This document shows positions 57,920 to 64,000 of a stretch of DNA of 64,000 bases, piece by piece (within the stretch, counting starts at the first letter, position 1; every line of letters begins with the position of its first letter). The position numbers and the translations under genes were made by a program. A model generated the notes under the pieces. That model saw only the letters and a program-made list of their open reading frames with translations, was not told where the DNA came from and did not search any database. The DNA is from Chrysomallon squamiferum (taxonomy: Eukaryota > Animalia > Mollusca), in NCBI GenBank assembly GCA_012295275.1, contig CM022671.1, positions 21,638,001 to 21,702,000 of the forward strand. Direction: 5' to 3'.

Positions 57920-58661
57920 CATTTATTTAATAATGGAGTATTTAATAAATACTTCCGACCTAGATCTGAGTTAATATTTTTAATCTAATATTTAGCTGTA
58001 CAATCAGAGCTGACTGAAACTGTTCCCCGAACACTGGATGAGTCTGGTATGTTCTGTAGTCATTTGTGTGGTCTCAGGGTGCTGTTTTTATTTCCAGTGT
58101 TGGTTAGAGAATTTTCACATAACAACAAAAGTGAATGTTTGTCATTGAAGTTCATTAAAGTAATTCTTTGCAGCAAATCATGGATTTTTGAGAGTTTTAT
58201 AATTCTATAATAAGAAAATTAATGATAATTTATTATAAGTGTTATTGGAATTAGCAATTTTGAAAATGATTGATGTAAATTAAAACTGAAAAACTTGATT
58301 TTTTCGTCATAAAATTAAAGATACTGTTATTCATAATAAGTTTTTCTCAGGTTTTTCTTTATTAACAGTAATTGTACCAAACTGTGTAGATTGAATCAAA
58401 ATGAATGTATATTAGTTCATACAATGGATAACATATATTTATGTTAAATGGTTAATTCACTTTTGTTTGCGTGGTATAGTTTTCACTGTTAGAGCAGTTG
58501 CAGCTTGTCAGAAAGTATACCATAATAAAAATTTAAATTCTATAAAAAAAAAGCACTTCAAAATGGTGTTTAATGAGTATTTCTTATTATCAAAATTAAA
58601 TATTATTTTCATTTATTTATTTATTTGTTTATTTATTACAATTTTATTATTTTTTAATTTA

Positions 58662-58703
<42 letters not shown>

Positions 58704-59278
58704 TATTATAATTTTTAAATGATTTGGTCATTTAAATTGAACCTTTTAATAAACTGATTAACGTTTGAAAAAAAGAGGAAAATTTTGTGATTTCAATTTT
58801 TTGTTTTTTAACACATTGTTCAATTGTAGTTTGCTTATAGCTGCACAGTGGTTTATTAGCATTAGAGTTCAGTTAAACACACATTCACACACTGCTAGAA
58901 ATGTTAATATGTAGTGTAAGGTAGTCATAAGTATTTGTTTCTTTTCCATTGTTTATTCATTCATTCATACATATATTATTATTATTATATATGTATTTAT
59001 TGTAGTTATATTTATTTCTTACCATAATCCTTTTGGTTTTAGATCTGTGTATCTTATAGAAACTAATTCATGGTTTGAAAATAATCTATTATTCAGATTA
59101 ATATTATTCTCTTACTTTTTAGTTAAAAAAAAAAAAAAAATATATATATATTTTTTGTGTTTTCTTTTCTTTTTATAATTTTTATAATCTTAATTATATT
59201 TCTTAAATGTTCATATTTTATGTGTTACTTCTACAAAATAACATTATTATTGTCATCATCATTATTATATTATTATTA

Positions 59279-59336
<58 letters not shown>

Positions 59337-59357
59337 AAGTACTACTACTACTACTAC

Positions 59358-59399
<42 letters not shown>

Positions 59400-61246
59400 A
59401 GATTATAATGTTACAAATAATATTCCATGGTGCTGATTTGCTTTTAATGATCATCAGAATACTAATTTGCTTTCTGCTGTTTGAGCTGTAATTTTGTTGT
59501 TGCACCCATTCCACCACATCATCTGTTTTTGGTATAATTTCCTTTTTATTAATATAGCTAAAATTTGTTTGTCAGTCCCAAATTAAGTGCAGTTCAAGAT
59601 AATAGGCACATTTAACATTGAATAAAGCAGTTATTAATTTTATAAACAATTGATGTTTGATAGAATTATTTTGACTTTATTTTTTTAATTAATTTCAATT
59701 ATTTATTTACATTACTACTCTTTTGTAATATTAAAATTTATATTATTCTGCTGGTTATAAGATTCCATCTGTTTCATACTGCTTCCTTGACAGACATTTT
59801 ATTTTTTTTTTTTTTTCCTGTATATAAAAATAAAATATATTGTAGTTTAAATGTTTCATATGTAAAATATGAATACATCCTTAACATGACCACATACAAT
59901 ATATTCGTATACATTCACACAGAAAGATTTAAATTTTTTATTTTTTTAATTATACATATATTTGTTTGTTTTAAAATGAATTTGTTTTCATTGATTACCA
60001 TGGATTAATGAAATAAAATAAATTAACACATTAATTTTAATAAAGTAATACACTTAATATCTTTATGATTAATATATATTCCATGATCCAGTGATAAACA
60101 ACAAATTTAAAAATCTCATCTAAATAAAAAACACACATTTACACAGATTCTAAGATAAATTATCTGTTTTTACAGGAGATTATCAAATCAAGTACCTTGT
60201 AGATTTTGATCCACAGCTTGTGGAAATAATCTGTGAGACCAAATATATTGAACAGCTTGGCTTTTCTGTGCCTGAACTGGCAAGGAATGTTGCTTTACAG
60301 GTAAGATGTTTAATTAGCTAAGAATTCATACTGGTAAAAGATGTCAGAAAACTAGGGCTGCTATTATTGTTAGGAATACAAAAGGCTTATAAGTAATCAG
60401 ACAATGTATGATTCTGAAAAAATATATATATATTATTTTTTAAATGTTAATTTTTTTAATTTAATTTTAATTTTAATTTTAATTTTTTTTTATAAAGTAT
60501 TTAATTCATTCAGTGTATTTGCAAACAATATTCAAAGTAATGTCCTTTGTCCTCAAGGCATTATTCAACTAGTTCTTTGACAAAATAGCAATTCAGTGGA
60601 AATTTCCCAATCTGCCTGGTTATAAGTAAGATGAAATTAGCTTATTTTAAAGATAGAAATATCATTTTCTGGCTAATTCAATAGGATCATTGTTTAATAT
60701 ACTCCAAACACAAATTAATAATAAAATAATCAAGTAAAATTTTTTATTTTAGTTTCTTTTTCCACAAATTTATAATTATTATTGTTCAGCTGTCACAAGT
60801 CAATGTAATTCCAGTCTAATTAACTTTGTTTCAGACATAAGTTAAGTCCTGTTGCTACCACAAATCTTTGGTTTTAAATCTTTTAACTGTTTCATGACTA
60901 ACGAGACTATTTTAAAATAAATTTATACAAGAGATAAATAAATTCAAATTTCAGGAAGAAAAGTACATCAAGTATGTTGATGATCTGTTGTGCATGTTGC
61001 GAAGCTTCCATTCCTTGTTGGCATCACTGGATCATGCTGAGGTAAACATCGAAATAGTTTGTGGTTCATTAACTCAGTGAAGTGATTTTAAATCCAACAT
61101 CCTAAAACATTTAAACATGCCAGAGAGGAAAAGTATACCATTTATCACAACCTAATGATAAAAATTTAATTCTGGTCATATTTCAAAAAATTATTTTTAA
61201 CAAGTGATTGAAGTAATTAGACAGACAGCCATTATTTTTGTTGTGA

Positions 61247-61281
<35 letters not shown>

Positions 61282-63996
61282 TTAATTTATTTATTTATTT
61301 ATTTATTTTATTTTCATTTTTTATTTATTTTTTTTTATTTATTATTATTATTATTATTATTTTTTATTTTTATTTTTATTTTTATTTTTTTTTATTTATT
61401 TATTTTTTTTTTTTTTTTTTGATACAAATCTTTTACAGGTAATAATTAATTCACATTAGCATTCAGAGCATCATTGTTTAAATAGGGTATTTGATTTTAT
61501 TGTTTACAACTTTTTTTTTTTTTTTTTTTCAAATTCCAGAATGAAAATTAAAAATATATTTGTTTATTTATTGAATATTTTTCTGTAAAATAAATGATTT
61601 GGCATTAAAAATGATTAAATATGATTTTAGTCAGCACTGCTGGAAGACAATGTTCGAGAGTTGAGACGAGTTTTGAGGCCAGGAGCAAAGAGACTGAACT
61701 GGAACTCTCTCGGTATCAGCGACTACATCAACAAATGTCGAGCTGTAAGTTTTCTACTTTTATTTATTTAATTTAATTTAATTCAATTTAATTCAATTTA
61801 ATTTAATTTAATTTAATTTAATTTAATTTTTTAATTAATTAATTTTTTTTTTTTTTTTTTTTTTATTAATTTGGGCATGCAAAATTGTATTTATGTGATG
61901 GTTGTTTAGTTAAACAATCAGAAAATTCAAGATTAAGATAAATTGTTATTTTAAAAATAATGTAAGTATCAAAATTAGATTGTTGTGTATGTTTTTATTA
62001 TTTGCTTTGTTTTATAAATATTTTTTTTAATTTATTTTTATTTAAAAAAAAAAAAATTTAATATTATTTTTTATTAATTTAATTTATTTGTTTATTTGAT
62101 CCTGTTTTTGTTTGTTTATTTCTTTCTTTCATTTTATAATTTCAGGCCATTGCCAAGTTTGAGTCACTAGTAAATCAGATACAGAAGAATGCACATGATA
62201 TCGATCAAAGACTGCTGATGCTGGAACATGGAAACCTGTTCAAAGGACCTCCACCAAAACCAAATGCACCAGACATCCTTCCCAGCTGCAAGGTGAATTA
62301 CTTCAGCTTATTCTTTTGTTCATTTTAAAATAATATATCCTAAATATTCCTTACAGTAACATAATGTGTGTAGCTTGCTTTGTCATATGATCTGCAAAAT
62401 GACATATAAAAATTTTAAAAATGAAAAAAATGAAAACTAGACAGATATTTAAATCATTCTCATCAAATTATGTATCTTATATATATTTTTTTTAGAGAAA
62501 TTATAATCTTTTATACATACTTACCACATTTGAATTCTTCTTTATCTTTGTACTGTGTTTACTGAAAAATATGTTAATTACTGCATCATTATTTTAATTA
62601 AATATTGATGTTGTGGGATTTTTTATTTTTATTATGTCATAAAAAATTTCTTAGTAATTACTTTATCATATTTCTTTTAAGGAATTTTTTGAATTCATTG
62701 AAAAAGAGCGTGCAAGAGACTTTGAAGTTCTGGCTAGGAAATACAAAGCAATAGGGCCACTGCTTACTAAAATGGAAGGACTGGTGGTCCACACAAACAC
62801 TGGGAAGTCTCCCAAACTGGCTCAGTACTATTCTTACTGGGAAAGGAAGGTTTATGAAGCTCTCACAAAGGTATTTAAATTGTCCATATGTGTGTCTGTA
62901 ATGGTGTTTGTATATCCATGGAGGATACTAATTTACAAATAACAGTTACAGAATATCTTTAATAATGTGGTGAAGATTTAAAAGGTCCTGTGCATTTAAT
63001 GGACGAATCATCAGATTTTTCAATGAGAACTTGGTCAAAAATTCCAAAAATCCAAATGTATAGGTCATATTATCTAAACTTTATATTCAAAACAAAACAA
63101 ATTTCAACAGCTGGAATTCTCATCTTATTTATTTTTTGTGTTTTTGTTTTCACAGATGGTAAGTAAAAACTTGCACAAGTTCAATGCAGCCCTGCAGGGA
63201 GACAAAGCACTGTTCCAGGTTGAGACGTTACTGGCAGCACCAGATGTTGTCCTCCATCCCCAGGCCAACGAGGTCTACAAAGTGACATTGCAGTGTGTCA
63301 GGGATTGCGTTGAAGGGTAAACTGGAGTTTTATGTGTTTGTTTGTTTTTGGTGGATTTGTTTTGTAATTGACAAGGACACCCAATGATGGAAACCTGAAA
63401 ATAAAGTGAAAAATTGCTAAATATTTTAATGATAACATTTGATACAATATTTTGTAATCTGTTGCCTAATTTATTGTATGATGTATTGTATTGAGAATTA
63501 AAACTTTTGATGTTATATAATTGTGGTGGAAATGCATGTTTTGCACTCCTTTTAATACCAAACACAAATGCATATTTAAAAATTTGTTTGATACAGTAAT
63601 ATTTAATCTTATTGCACTAACAATCGATATATTGACATAATTTATTGACATAATTTAATAATCAGTTACTTAAAACAGTAAACATACCTCAACAGAAAAA
63701 GAAAAGAATCACTTATGCTAACAGTAATTAGTGGTTCATTTTTTTTGTTTTTCTTGAACTGTAGAACAAAGCACTTTGTGCGATGGATGAATGGTACGTG
63801 TATAGAAACAGTGCCGCAGAAGGTGGAAGGAGAGGACGAGCCCTACGTGTTCAGTTTCTTCCGTGACATCTCGTCGAGTCCAGAAATCATCGAACTGGTG
63901 GAAATTGTAGCAAACAACATCAAAAGCACTCTGACAGGACTGCAGCGATACCTGAACAGGTGGAAAAAATACAGGATCATTTGGAAACCTGAAAAA
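50018..63996 (+). CDS. DNAH10: Axonemal dynein heavy chain, DNAH10-like (inner arm I1/f), N-terminal tail region, first 17 exons; continues beyond the window
   Basis: Exons 50018-50234, 50735-50881, 51539-51717, 52324-52548, 53048-53859, 54496-54694, 55147-55263, 55695-55943, 56322-56501, 57025-57283, 60176-60300, 60955-61041, 61631-61744, 62146-62292, 62682-62870, 63156-63316, 63765-63996, all GT-AG and phase-compatible. Motifs: MDDPRIEWIRNRV start, GPIAEIEFWRERNAALSAL, EAKDNVRFLSTLERHFKN, MMNALRMVWIISRHYNKDE, RWEFDRKKLFERTDYMA, FYNIFGPELKAVTGDPKRI, LGFSVPELARNVALQE, KRLNWNSLGI. These are recalled as characteristic of DNAH10 orthologues. Confidence 0.93.
51085..51320 (+). mobile_element. Degenerate tRNA-derived SINE remnant in DNAH10 intron 2
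   Basis: GGGCTTTTTCCCTATTCTAGC...ATATGCTTTCCTGTCTGTGTGAAAGTGTAT..ATATCCTTTACT resembles, from recall and not from a search, a common gastropod SINE body. A related fragment TTTCCTATTCCAGCCAGTGCCCC lies at ~32290-32312. Confidence 0.4.
57996..58046 (+). CDS. Candidate 51-nt in-frame micro-exon of DNAH10
   Basis: tttag|CT...CTG|gtatgt; phase 1-1 like the flanking exons; open frame AVQSELTETVPRTLDES; GC-richer than the surrounding intron. Confidence 0.55.
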
Positions 63997-64000
63997 GTAA

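Overview
AT-rich, microsatellite-dense animal genomic DNA with spliceosomal introns. A mollusc/gastropod origin is inferred from repeat style only. Four spliced genes could be rebuilt by hand: (1) the 3' nine exons of MTO1 (GidA/MnmG family, +, 20731-29010), preceded by more than 20 kb with no recognisable MTO1 exon; (2) a divergent ADF/cofilin with an ~30-aa insertion (+, 37894-40888); (3) an ASPHD2-like 2OG/Fe(II) oxygenase (-, 48089-46602); (4) the first 17 exons of an axonemal dynein heavy chain, DNAH10-like (+, 50018 to the window end). Most short ORFs in the supplied track are microsatellite artefacts. No CRISPR array, operon, rRNA or tRNA gene was seen, and nothing here amounts to a clearly new biological system. 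Best leads: a probable nested antisense transcript in the giant MTO1 intron (one candidate exon is open except for a single TGA in a C-S-TGA-C context), a branched hairpin with C/D-box-like motifs in that intron, an apparent 1-nt frameshift and a GC-AG intron in MTO1, the cofilin insertion, and in-frame micro-exons next to a Gln/His-rich tract in DNAH10. All coordinates were counted by eye and no searches were run.
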